DNA of 64,000 bases from Nitrospira sp. (GTDB lineage Bacteria > Nitrospirota > Nitrospiria > Nitrospirales > Nitrospiraceae), in assembly GCA_029865225.1 (NCBI GenBank), contig JAOUHJ010000001.1, positions 24,512 to 88,511 on the forward strand. Reading direction: 5' to 3'. A program made the translations under genes and the position numbers. The notes beneath the pieces were generated by a model that was not told the DNA's origin, did no database searches, and saw only the letters and a program-made list of their open reading frames with translations. Shown in pieces: positions 40,130-50,100 of the stretch. Within the stretch, counting starts at the first letter, position 1, and every line of letters begins with the position of its first letter.

Positions 40130-41959
40130 ATGACGCTCGACGTTCTTCAGTCCAAACTCGCCCATTTGCCCAGCAGCCCCGGTGTTTACCTGTTCAAGAA
40201 CGGGCAAGGCGACATCATCTACATCGGAAAGGCCGCGGTCTTAGCCGACCGCGTGCGCTCCTATTTCCAGAAAGGCACAGACCTCAGTCCGAAGACCAGC
40301 CTCCTCGTCAGTCAGATCACCGATCTGGAAACCATGGTGACCCGATCTGAGCTCGAAGCCCTGATTCTCGAAAGCAACCTGGTGAAGCGACACAAACCCC
40401 GCTTCAACATCGTCTTGCGGGACGACAAGCAATACCCCTATGTGCGGCTGCCGATCAGGGACGATTTTCCACGACTGTCGATCGTCCGCCGTGTCCAAAA
40501 AGACGGCGCGTTGTACTACGGCCCCTACACGCCAGCAAACGCCCTGCGCGAAACTTTGAAGGTGATCAAGCACGTCTTCCCCTTGGCGACCTGCACGATC
40601 GACATCGACGGGAAGGCCGAACGAGCTTGTCTCGAATTTGAAATCAAGCGTTGCATGGCCCCCTGCACGAGCAATCAGTCGAAGGAGGAGTACCATCAAA
40701 TCGTCAAGCAAGTCCGTCACTTTCTGGAGGGGCGAGACCATGAGCTGCTCGACGAGCTCCGCGTCAAAATGGAATCGGCTGCCGAGCGGGAAGAGTTCGA
40801 GGAAGCGGCTCGATTGCGAGACCGGCTCTTCAAGATCGAACGAATGTTGGAGAAACAACGCATTACCCAGACCTCGGCCACCGATCAGGACGTGCTCGGG
40901 ATTGCGCGGCGGGGAGCTGCGGTGGATCTCCAGATTCTGTTCGTGCGCGGCGGATTACTGATCGGACGGAAAGATTTCTTCTGGCCTCAATCGGCGGATG
41001 CATCGGACAACGAACTCGTTCGTTCTGCGATCGAGCAATTTTACAACAAAGACGGGCAACCGCCACGGGAAGTCTTGGTCCCGACCGACCTCGACGACGT
41101 GACCTTGATCGAACAGTGGCTGTCCGAAAAACGTGGAGAACCTGTCCGCATCCTGACTCCCGAACGTGGCGTCAAGCATCAGCTGGTCCTCTTGGCGGAA
41201 GAGAACGCCACATCAGCCGTCGCCGAACATCTTCGCGAGGAGGAGCTCGACCGTCAGGCCTGTGAGGAACTGAAACGGATGCTCCGCCTTGAGCGTCCTC
41301 CTCGTCGGATCGAAGGGTTCGACATCTCCAATACAATGGGGAACCAATCCGTGGCATCGATGGTTGTGTGGGAAGACGGGGATATGAAAAAGGCGGACTA
41401 CCGTCGATTCAAAATTCAAACCGTGCAGGGGGCGAACGACTTTGCCAGCATGAAGGAGGTCGTGATACGACGCTACGGCAAGTCCGGCGAAGAACCGGAT
41501 CGGACCACGGACGACTTAGCTCACCCAGACGTAATCTTAATCGACGGAGGACTTGGGCAATTGGCGGCAGCCATTGAGGGGCTGAAGGAAGCTGGACACC
41601 AACACCTCCCGATTCTTGGGTTGGCCAAGGCCCGTGGCGAGAAGGAGGAGCGCGTGTTTCTCGCCGGCAGAAAGAACCCGATTGCTCTGACCGCCACCTC
41701 TCCGACCACGCATCTTCTCCAACATATTCGCGACGAAGCCCATCGTTTTGCCATCACGTTCCACCGAAAACTTCGAGGGAAAGCATTGGTCAACTCCAAG
41801 CTGGATCAGGTCATTGGAATCGGGCAGGTTCGACGCAAAGAACTGTTGAGCCGGTTTGGGAGCTTAGATAAATTAGAAGCGGCAAGCGATAAGGACTTGC
41901 AGAGCGCGGGACTCAGTCCGGAAACCGTCTCGAATCTCCGCAAAGCCCTCGCACAATAA
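40130..41959 (+). CDS. uvrC: excinuclease ABC subunit C
   Basis: GIY-YIG N-terminus (PGVYLFKNGQGDIIYIGKA), a UVR domain (EEFEEAARLRDRL), an endonuclease V-like domain and a C-terminal (HhH)2. I prefer the ATG at 40130 to the TTG at 40109. Confidence 0.95.
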   Translation: MTLDVLQSKLAHLPSSPGVYLFKNGQGDIIYIGKAAVLADRVRSYFQKGTDLSPKTSLLVSQITDLETMVTRSELEALILESNLVKRHKPRFNIVLRDDKQYPYVRLPIRDDFPRLSIVRRVQKDGALYYGPYTPANALRETLKVIKHVFPLATCTIDIDGKAERACLEFEIKRCMAPCTSNQSKEEYHQIVKQVRHFLEGRDHELLDELRVKMESAAEREEFEEAARLRDRLFKIERMLEKQRITQTSATDQDVLGIARRGAAVDLQILFVRGGLLIGRKDFFWPQSADASDNELVRSAIEQFYNKDGQPPREVLVPTDLDDVTLIEQWLSEKRGEPVRILTPERGVKHQLVLLAEENATSAVAEHLREEELDRQACEELKRMLRLERPPRRIEGFDISNTMGNQSVASMVVWEDGDMKKADYRRFKIQTVQGANDFASMKEVVIRRYGKSGEEPDRTTDDLAHPDVILIDGGLGQLAAAIEGLKEAGHQHLPILGLAKARGEKEERVFLAGRKNPIALTATSPTTHLLQHIRDEAHRFAITFHRKLRGKALVNSKLDQVIGIGQVRRKELLSRFGSLDKLEAASDKDLQSAGLSPETVSNLRKALAQ

Positions 41960-41979
41960 CTCGAATCCTCCTGGTAGCC

Positions 41980-43365
41980 TCAGAACAGATAGCGCAGGCT
42001 GAATGTTCCGAGATGCACAAAGGCATGATAGGTACCGTTTACCGTTGGGTTGAGATTCCCGACCACCGTACGCGATTCATAGAACCACTCCTGATAGGCA
42101 AGGTCGAGCCCGATTCCTTTCGGCCACAGCACCGACTCTCCACTGCATGGGATCATCCCAAGGAATTTCCCGGCGCCTGCGCAGAGGAACCCCACCCCCA
42201 AAGAGAGGGTATGAGCCGGCAACGAAATGATTCCTGGACTAAACGTCCGTTCCGGAACCGGATCCTGAGTAAATGTGTACCCGGAACGTACCCCAATCTC
42301 CCAGTTGGGAAACCAGGTCGGGTTTATCCATCTATATTCAGTTCCAAGTGCAATCACCGGCACGTTTTTCCACTGTTGTGGCTGAGGAATCGTGGCCCCG
42401 TTTGAAAGACGAACATCCAGATGTTTATTCAAACTCCAGCCCACATACTCGATATCGAGCTCCACCTTCCACTCCCTTTCGCTGTTACGCACCGGCCAGA
42501 TAGCGACGGCCCCTGTAAACTTTTGAGGCAGCACAAGATCGGTGGAAGCGTCAGCCGCCTTTGCCCCGTTGACTAATAACACCCCCTTCAACGGTAACAC
42601 CGCTTGACTGCGATAGACCAACCCGATCGAGACAATCGGTTTACCGGCTCCATTTCTCAGGGGAGCATAAAGCATACTGGCCGTCACGCCCACCCCAGTC
42701 CCTGTACCATTGAGTTCAAGAGATGCTCCGGCTGGAATGCCAAGAGCCCCGGCACTGATCTGCTTCTGCTCCACATGCCCTTCCCCAAGAAAGCTGGCGA
42801 AGGTATAAATATCTGCGGTCACCCCTACGGAGAGTGCATCACTGATCTTGTAGGCAATCGTTGGCTGGATGGCGAGTAACGGAAGTGCCGCCGACGTCAC
42901 GGCGGTGTTGAACGGACCATCAAGGGGAAAGCGCGTGTTCAGCCCGAATGGTGACCCAAGCCCGATTCCGGCGGTCACCATAGACAGGAGAGGCAGTCCA
43001 ATGGAGGCAAGATTGGCACTAAGATAGAAGTTACTGGGAGGGGGCCAGTTTACACTCCCATTGAAATCACCACGACTATCGATCCCCGTCGGACTTTTGA
43101 ACTTGACAGATCCCCCCAACACATTGGTCCCCAGTACACTTTGGACACCTTGCACTTGAGTCAACGCAGCGGGGTTGTAGTGGATAGCTGAGGGATCATC
43201 GGCTTGTGCTGCGAACGCATTTCCTTGACCAGCTGCGCGTGCCCCCTGAGGTTGAAAGCGAAGAGCCTGCCCGTATGCGGCCATCGGCCGGACGAGTAAC
43301 ACAAAGACTACGAGCACCCAACACAGACGCAATACCCCCTTCAAGATCGTGAGACTCCATTGCAT
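41980..43365 (-). CDS. FadL/OmpP1/TodX-family outer-membrane hydrophobic-compound transporter
   Basis: 461 aa with a signal peptide. The N-terminal hatch motif is GARAAGQGNAFAAQADDPSAIHYNPAAL. A beta-barrel body follows and ends ...GTFSLRYLF (terminal aromatic). Confidence 0.85.
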   Translation of the reverse strand: MQWSLTILKGVLRLCWVLVVFVLLVRPMAAYGQALRFQPQGARAAGQGNAFAAQADDPSAIHYNPAALTQVQGVQSVLGTNVLGGSVKFKSPTGIDSRGDFNGSVNWPPPSNFYLSANLASIGLPLLSMVTAGIGLGSPFGLNTRFPLDGPFNTAVTSAALPLLAIQPTIAYKISDALSVGVTADIYTFASFLGEGHVEQKQISAGALGIPAGASLELNGTGTGVGVTASMLYAPLRNGAGKPIVSIGLVYRSQAVLPLKGVLLVNGAKAADASTDLVLPQKFTGAVAIWPVRNSEREWKVELDIEYVGWSLNKHLDVRLSNGATIPQPQQWKNVPVIALGTEYRWINPTWFPNWEIGVRSGYTFTQDPVPERTFSPGIISLPAHTLSLGVGFLCAGAGKFLGMIPCSGESVLWPKGIGLDLAYQEWFYESRTVVGNLNPTVNGTYHAFVHLGTFSLRYLF

Positions 43366-43484
43366 TGGCTCGCAGGATGTGTGACCACTATGCTAATCGC
43401 TCTCGATGTTCAGCACCTATCATGGCGTTCATACGCAACCATGAGGGTAAACTGATGATGAATCTTCCGTATAGAGATAATCGG

Positions 43485-43493
43485 CCCTAGTGC
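43485..43493 (+). promoter_or_regulatory. CCCTAGTGC motif upstream of the LuxR-family gene (candidate regulator site)
   Basis: An exact 9-mer about 90 nt upstream of the luxR-type start. The same 9-mer, in the same orientation relative to the gene, occurs twice upstream of the luxI-type gene (45264-45272 and 45413-45421 on the opposite strand). Confidence 0.4.
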
Positions 43494-43583
43494 ACGCATA
43501 AGACACCCCTGCCATTTTTTCAGTTTTCATCATGATTTTATAGATGGTAAAGTAGTTCCCCCTATAGTCGAGGAGGTGTGGTT

Positions 43584-44402
43584 ATGGCACACGCATTGAC
43601 CCAGCAAGCATTCCCTCACGCCACATTTGATGCCCTTTCCAAGCTAGAATGCCGAAACTTTATGGAAATCCTTCATTATGTGACGCAGGCGGAGACACCC
43701 GATCACGTGAGAGATGTACTGGTTCGATTTCAGAATTATTTTTCGTTCACAAAAGCATTAGGCGGCCTCGTCCGCTTAGGGCCGGATCAGTCTTTCGCCG
43801 GTTTTGGCAACGTCGTCAATGCCAGCTACCCGGATGAATGGCTCTATATGTATTGGAAGAACGGGTTTGCCGACGTGGATCCGGTCTTTAAGGCAGCCTT
43901 GAAGTCACCCGGCACTCGGCATTGGCAAGAGACCTATCGGAACATGTCTTCAGAGAAAGAACGGGAATTCATCGCCACCGCACAGCAATTTGGTCTCCGC
44001 GACGGGATCACTACCGGTTCTGTGGATGAAGCATGTGGGATCGCCACCTTCTGTTCGTTTGCGAGCGAGGAAAGTCTTGATGCAAAACGGCTCGTCCCAC
44101 TGGTGGAATACCTTGGCTATTACATTCATATGGCTCTTTTGAAAGCCACACCGAAAGCCGCGCCGCAAACAGAACGATGCGTCAAAGAGCTGTCCTCGCG
44201 CGAAGTCACGATTCTCAATTGGATGAAGAACGGGAAAACCAATTGGGAGATTGGGAAAATCCTCGGAGTCAGCGAACGGACGGTTCGATTCCACATCGAA
44301 AGTATCTTTTCGAAATTGCAGGTGACCTCTCGTTCTCAGGCCGTGGCAACTGCTATCGAACATGGCCTACCAGCCCTACATGGGCTACCCTCCGCCATGT
44401 AG
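43584..44402 (+). CDS. LuxR-family acyl-homoserine-lactone-responsive transcriptional regulator
   Basis: The N-terminal autoinducer-binding domain signature is present (YPDEWLYMYWKNGFADVDPVF, HW). The C-terminal LuxR HTH is LSSREVTILNWMKNGKTNWEIGKILGVSERTVRFHIESIFSKLQV. ATG 43584 has AGGAGG 7 nt upstream, whereas the track start GTG 43578 is too close to that SD. Confidence 0.88.
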   Translation: MAHALTQQAFPHATFDALSKLECRNFMEILHYVTQAETPDHVRDVLVRFQNYFSFTKALGGLVRLGPDQSFAGFGNVVNASYPDEWLYMYWKNGFADVDPVFKAALKSPGTRHWQETYRNMSSEKEREFIATAQQFGLRDGITTGSVDEACGIATFCSFASEESLDAKRLVPLVEYLGYYIHMALLKATPKAAPQTERCVKELSSREVTILNWMKNGKTNWEIGKILGVSERTVRFHIESIFSKLQVTSRSQAVATAIEHGLPALHGLPSAM

Positions 44403-44473
44403 GGCTGCACCTCGCCGGCCAAGGCACAGGCCCCATCTCTTTTGGGACACTGTTTATCGCTTCGCAGTCATAA

Positions 44474-45229
44474 TTATGCCGTGCGTACGAGCTGTCGGTC
44501 TTTAACGAATTCAGCGTACCCCCGACCTTCCTCTTGTTCCTCCGGCGCTCGATATTGATGGGTTGCCGTTTCACGTGCTGGTGTTGTCGTGGTAAGCCAA
44601 TCTAGCATGGCAGGACGGCGGGTAGTAGCTTGGGAGCGAAATTCATCCAGATCAAGGAATCCTCCAATGGACAGCACCTCAGCTGGTGGCAACGCGACAG
44701 CTTCGCCGATGGGACGGCATGGCCATCCCATACGCTGGACGACCTTCAAGAGCCTGTGTTCGACTACCATATAGGTATAGCGGACGTCATGAAGTAGACA
44801 CCACTGGTACATCCCCTTAAAAATTGCTTTCATCAGGCTTGCAGAAAGACCACGGTCCTTGATCGCAGGATCAACCGCAAGACGTGTAATTTCTGCCGTA
44901 TCAACCTCTTTTCTGACTCTATGTTGACCCACGAGGCATGCACTAAATTCACTTTCCAACATGAAGGGGACCGGGGCTTGGGTCATCCGGACCAACCCCA
45001 ACAGTCGAGAGTGGTCTTCAAACACCCCGATAGAGGTACTCCACGCATCGTACACATCAGATTCGAGTCGATCAGCTCGTTCTGGAACCCACTTGAGTCG
45101 CTCCGCAAACACTCGATGCCGTAGTTGATAGGCCTGGATCATTTCGTCTCTTGTTTCGACCGTCTTAATGAGAAAGTTTCCCTCGGAAAACTTAACGGTT
45201 CTTTCCTCTAAGACTACTGGAATGGACAT
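44474..45229 (-). CDS. LuxI-family acyl-homoserine-lactone synthase
   Basis: 251 aa. The conserved LuxI pattern R..VF...L.W-x8-E.D..D...R...E..R is readable (YQLRHRVFAERLKWVPERADRLESDVYD...GLVRM...EITRLAV). It is convergent with the LuxR-type gene, with a 71-nt gap. A roughly 50-aa hydrophilic C-terminal extension is present. Confidence 0.85.
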   Translation of the reverse strand: MSIPVVLEERTVKFSEGNFLIKTVETRDEMIQAYQLRHRVFAERLKWVPERADRLESDVYDAWSTSIGVFEDHSRLLGLVRMTQAPVPFMLESEFSACLVGQHRVRKEVDTAEITRLAVDPAIKDRGLSASLMKAIFKGMYQWCLLHDVRYTYMVVEHRLLKVVQRMGWPCRPIGEAVALPPAEVLSIGGFLDLDEFRSQATTRRPAMLDWLTTTTPARETATHQYRAPEEQEEGRGYAEFVKDRQLVRTA

Positions 45230-45255
45230 AGCTGAATCCTTTCAAGATGAGAAAA

Positions 45256-45281
45256 TAGTGGCCGCACTAGGGCTAATTGAC
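45256..45281 (-). promoter_or_regulatory. 26-nt repeat unit 1 upstream of the luxI-type gene (contains the CCCTAGTGC core)
   Basis: The plus strand reads tagtggccgcactagggctaattgac. It lies 27-52 nt upstream of the luxI-type ATG. 18 of 26 positions match the unit at 45405-45430, with a 9/9 core. It contains the dyad TAGTG-N4-CACTA. Confidence 0.4.
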
Positions 45282-45404
45282 TTGACGGATCGCCAGAAGG
45301 AGGACGATGGGAAGTCCCTTTGAGAGACTCCATTGCCTTTCCCCTGGCTCTTTCTCAGGAAATGACTGAGGTTGGCATGACCACCTCCATGCACGTGGAA
45401 CGCA

Positions 45405-45430
45405 TAGGTACTGCACTAGGGTCAAATGAC
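45405..45430 (-). promoter_or_regulatory. 26-nt repeat unit 2 upstream of the luxI-type gene
   Basis: The plus strand reads taggtactgcactagggtcaaatgac. Its first 9 nt (TAGGTACTG) recur at 45542-45550, about 40 nt upstream of the histidine-kinase start. Confidence 0.35.
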
Positions 45431-45589
45431 TGGTCCGAATGCCGAATGAGGGAGGCGGATGGTTCCACCTTAGAGGACAAACGTCACCTGGCGGGTCCGC
45501 CAGGTGATTTCCTGGTCTTGTCGCAGTAAAAGGTGTTGGTCTAGGTACTGGGAAGGCGTTTCGTGGAGCTTCAGATAGGAGGAAGGTGC

Positions 45590-46408
45590 ATGGAAGAAAC
45601 TCGCGTCACCGTGGCGAAGAAAAGATTCGAGGTGTTGGACGGAGGGCTCCAGACTACGTCGAGGCTCTCAATCTCACAGTCAGCCCGACCGGTAAAGCAA
45701 TCCTATGGTTGGGCTCAACTGGAACCCTGCGCTGGTGAATTAACCGCGGCCTATAAGGCAACCGAACAGCGCCTACACATGCTCCTGGAGGATCGCACCC
45801 GCATCGGTCGTGATCTGCATGACTGCGTACTGCAGTCGTTGTATGCCATCGGGTTGGGTATTGAAATGAATCACAAAATAAGGCATATTAATACTAAGGA
45901 ACCAATAGCATCTGATATTGGGATGATTGAGCAGATCAACCAACTGATCCATGAGGTCCGGAGCATGATCCGCGAATTGGAGTCCGGGACCATCCAGGTC
46001 TTTGATCTTGCTTCGGAGCTGAATACGTTGCGTACGACCTATGAGCAGACAGGCCAACTGCGACTGCGATTGGATCTTCAGCAGGGCGCCCTTGAGGTGC
46101 TCACACATGAGGAAGAACGAGAGATCTTGAATATCGTACGAGAAGCGCTCAGCAATTGTGCCCGCCATGCCCATGCATATCGAGCGACGGTTGCCATTCG
46201 CATGAAAGACACAAGAATTCGCGTCACGGTACAGGACGACGGAATCGGATTCTCCACGGTTGTCGGACAATCTGGTGGATACGGACTGGCCAACATGGAG
46301 GCCCGTGCCAAAAAACTTGGAGGGACGTTACGGGTTCAGTCCAAGACCGGCGGAGGCACACAGGTGACGGCGGAGTTTTCGTTGGAACCCCTATTAACTC
46401 CTGTATGA
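45590..46408 (+). CDS. cytoplasmic HisKA_3-type sensor histidine kinase (NarL-class partner)
   Basis: ATG 45590 is preceded by AGGAGGAAGG. The H-box is RTRIGRDLHDCVLQSLYAIG, and the HATPase_c motifs are REALSNCARHA (N box), DDGIGF and GGYGLANM. There is no TM segment or recognisable sensor domain. Confidence 0.85.
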   Translation: MEETRVTVAKKRFEVLDGGLQTTSRLSISQSARPVKQSYGWAQLEPCAGELTAAYKATEQRLHMLLEDRTRIGRDLHDCVLQSLYAIGLGIEMNHKIRHINTKEPIASDIGMIEQINQLIHEVRSMIRELESGTIQVFDLASELNTLRTTYEQTGQLRLRLDLQQGALEVLTHEEEREILNIVREALSNCARHAHAYRATVAIRMKDTRIRVTVQDDGIGFSTVVGQSGGYGLANMEARAKKLGGTLRVQSKTGGGTQVTAEFSLEPLLTPV

Positions 46409-47085
46409 AACAGCCACAAACCAGCATCGTTCTTATCGATGACCACGAGATGGTCCGTCGAGGGCTTCGCGCCCTGCTTCACCTCGAACCGGATATGACT
46501 ATCGTCGGTGAAGCGGGAACGGTCGCAGAGGGCGTCTCCGTCGTCGAGCGACTCACCCCACACATGGTTTTGCTTGATGTCAAACTTCCCGACGGCACCG
46601 TGACCGAAGCCTGTCGACGGCTTCTGGCCGCTGCGCCAAAGCTTCGCATTCTGGTTCTCACCAGTTACGCTGAAGATGCGACTGTGATGGCGTCCGTTCA
46701 AAATGGAGCCCATGGTTACGTTCTCAAGGATGTCCGCATGGACGACCTGGTTCGCGCAATTCGCACGGTCGCCTCTGGTCATGGCTATCTGGATCCACGA
46801 GTGGCCCAGCGGGCCCTTCATTGGATTCGGACCAGCTCACACCTAGGCGTGAATTCCCAGGGCGTCACCCGACTGTCCCCTCAGGAACGTCTCATTCTGC
46901 CTTTGCTGGCTGAAGGGAAAACAAACAAGGAGATTGCCGTCCATCTCCGTTTGAGTGATAAGACGGTAAAAAACTACCTGGCGAATATCTTTGATAAGCT
47001 CCACGTGAAACGCCGCACTGAAGCCGTCGCCTGGTTCATGAAAGAAAGCCATGTGCCTCCTCCTGCACGGAGTCCAAAACTCTAG
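46405..47085 (+). CDS. NarL/FixJ-family response regulator
   Basis: I take the start at ATG 46405, which overlaps the kinase stop (ATGA). REC domain features are IVLIDDHEMVRRGL, MVLLDVKLPDG and VLTSY. The LuxR-type HTH is LSPQERLILPLLAEGKTNKEIAVHLRLSDKTVKNYLANIFDKLHV. Confidence 0.92.
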   Translation: MKQPQTSIVLIDDHEMVRRGLRALLHLEPDMTIVGEAGTVAEGVSVVERLTPHMVLLDVKLPDGTVTEACRRLLAAAPKLRILVLTSYAEDATVMASVQNGAHGYVLKDVRMDDLVRAIRTVASGHGYLDPRVAQRALHWIRTSSHLGVNSQGVTRLSPQERLILPLLAEGKTNKEIAVHLRLSDKTVKNYLANIFDKLHVKRRTEAVAWFMKESHVPPPARSPKL

Positions 47086-47195
47086 GACGTTTACAATCCT
47101 CTAGGCCTTCGTTAATCGCTCGTTCTTCTCGCCACTTTTTCGACCACTCCTGTTGTATTGTATCGGTACGAGGATCTATTCTATATGCCTAGCCG

Positions 47196-50100
47196 TTGTC
47201 CTCAACGGCGGCCTGTCCGACCAAGCGGATGGACGCATTTCTAAGTTTTGATCGACCTCGCACCCTGGAATCCACGCGTATGAATTCTCCGATAGGGATC
47301 GACAACCCTGTCTCCGCCGAATTGATCCAACTACGGCGGCAGGTTGTTGAATTACAGCAGGCCCTGGCTCAATCAGCAGAACAGGCCCATCGACTTACCC
47401 ATGCATCGGTGCTTGGGGCAGCCCAGGTGGGAACGTGGGCGTGGGAATCCGAGACCAATCGGATCAGCTGGTCCCCGGAAACTGAACAGATCTTCGGTCT
47501 GCGTCCGGGCTCCTTCGATGGAACCTACGAAGGATTCTTTGCGCTCGTCCATCCGGACGACCGACAACGACTCAGTGATGCCATTGCCACCGCGGTCGCG
47601 GAACGCACCTTTTACCTCATCGAGCATCGTATCATCATGCCGAATACGGAACCTCGATGGATCGCATGCCGTGGCCGCGCCCTTTCTGGAGAAAATGGTG
47701 CAGCATCAGGGATGGTCGGCACGGTAGAAGACATCACCGCGCGCAAGCAATCAGATCTGGCCCAGCAAGCCATTCAGGAATCCCTGGAAGCGCGTGTGCG
47801 TGAGCGGACGGCCGGACTCGAGAGTGCCGTGCAAGAGCTCAAACGGGAAGTCGAGCTGAGGCAAAAGGCAGAATCAGCGCTCAGAGCCAGCGAGCAGCGG
47901 TATCAGTCCCTCTACGAGCATAACCCCTTCATGTATTTCACGCTTGCTTCGGATGGCACCATCTTGTCGGTCAACAGTTTTGGCGCCGAACAATTGGGAT
48001 ACGACCCAAAAGACCTTATCGGCCGATCGATTGCGGAGGTGTTTGATTCCAGTGAACACCAGTCCACCTTCGAACGGCTCACTGCTTGCGTGATGAGTCC
48101 CTATACCCTGCGGGAATGGGAAGCTCAAAAGATTCGGAAAGATGGAACCAGACTATGGGTGAAGGAGCGAGCCAGAGCTATTCACGATCACATGGGGACG
48201 ACTCTCGTTCTCGTAGCCTGTGAAGATATCACGGAAAGGAAGCGTACCGAAAAACAGCTGGAGGAAACTTCCCGACTGCTCCGGACGCTCGTGAACGAGT
48301 CGGCGCTCCCACTCGTCAGCCTCGACCGAGCCGGTCGGGTCATCAGTTGGAATCAGGCGGCAACCCGGCTGTTCGGCTGGACGGAAGAAGAGGTGCTCGG
48401 CCGTGAACTTCCCTACGTGCAAGCCGGGGAGGAAGCCACGGCTGATGCCTTGTGGGAAAGAGGAATCCGCGGAGAAATAACTGGTCCGATTGAATTGCGC
48501 CGTCAGCATAAAGACGGTCAGATGCTCGATCTCCTCCTATGGCCCGTCTTTGTCTCAGACGAGTTCGAGCAGGTTTCACTTGCAGTCGGTCTCTACGTCG
48601 ATCAATCCGACCTGAAACGAGCTGAAGAAGCCAGGCTGAGAAGTGAAGACCGACTCCGGTCGTTCTTAGACGCGCTGGATGACCTTGCCTTCGAATTCGA
48701 TCAGGACGGAAGATACCTCAACGTCTGGACACGGAACGAGGACAAACTGCTGGTACCCAAAGCTCAGCTCATCGGCAAGCTCATCACCGACATCTTCGGA
48801 CCTGACACCGGAACCCACTATGTGGAAACAATCCGACACGTCATTACCACCGGACAGACTGCAACCGTCGAATATAGCGTGTTGCTCGGCCAGGACAGAC
48901 GACACTTTTCTGGAATTTTGACACGCATTCCAGGAGGTCACGGAGGGAGCGCCACCGCCGGCTGCATTGTCCGTGATATGACCGCAACCCGGCTTATTGA
49001 GTCCCAACTTCGTGAAAATGAGGCCCGGTGGAGGACGCTGTATGAACATGCAGGAGTTGGGATCGCGCAACTCACTCTCGATGGTCGATTCATCCGAGTG
49101 AATCCGCATCTATGCAAGATCCTGGGACATCCATCGGAAGCGATCATCGGACGGAATTTTCAGGACTATACCCACCCGGACGACGTCCAAGCGAATCTTG
49201 CACATCTTGCAGAATTGCTCGCCGGGAAAAGGCACTCCTTCTCGATGGAAAAGCGCTATCGCCGGGCTGATGACACCTGGGTGTGGATCACATTAACCGT
49301 ATCGTTGGTCCATTCCGACTCCGTGGATCAGGACTATCTGAGTGCCGTCATTCAGAATATCGACGATCAGAAGCAGTCCTACTCGCTCCTTCAAGCGGCT
49401 ATGAACTCAGTCGCGGATGGTCTTCTCATCGTCGACCGTCAAGGGAAGGTCACAAGTGCCAACCAGCGATTTCTGTCTCTTTGGAACATTCCTCATGAGT
49501 TGGCCGATTGTCAGGACGACGCGTGGCTCACCGCCGTCGCAGATCAGTTGGAAGACCCTCCTGCATTTTTGGACAAGGTGCGTGCGCTGTACGCGCATCC
49601 CGAAGAAGCAAGCTTTGATGTACTGCGTTTTAAAGACGGCCGGCTGTTCGAGCGTCACTCGCGACCTCAGATTCTGGGCCGAGAAATCGTCGGCCGCGTG
49701 TGGACGTTTCAGGACGTCACGGAACGTAAACGCGCTGAAGATGCCTTACGCGCAAGCGAGCTACGGCTCCAGCAATTTGTGGCCGAAGCTCCCGTCGGGC
49801 TCTGTATTCTCGATGAGAACTGGCGTGCCATCAGTGCCAACAGAGCCTTGTGCGAATTGACTGGCTATGAGAAAGAAGAGATCCTCGGCAGCACCTATGC
49901 GCTCTATACGCACCCGGAAGACCTTTCTGCCAATATCGTGCTCACAGATGAGTTTTTTCGAGGAGTTCGGTCGCAGTACAGCTATGAACATCGCTATATC
50001 AGAAAGTCTGGAGAAATCATCTGGGTTTCGGTTAAAGCGACACGGATCGAACTATCCGGACACAGGGGGCCGTTGCTTCTGACCGCAGTCCAAGACATTA

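Noticed and set aside
45320-45529. 69-aa ORF divergent from the luxI-type gene, in the position occupied by rsaL in Pseudomonas
   Set aside because: It has a TTG start without an SD and no helix-turn-helix-like segment. Its composition is unlike the neighbouring genes, and the strong hairpin at 45484-45507 lies inside it. I treat it as non-coding, and flag the hairpin separately.
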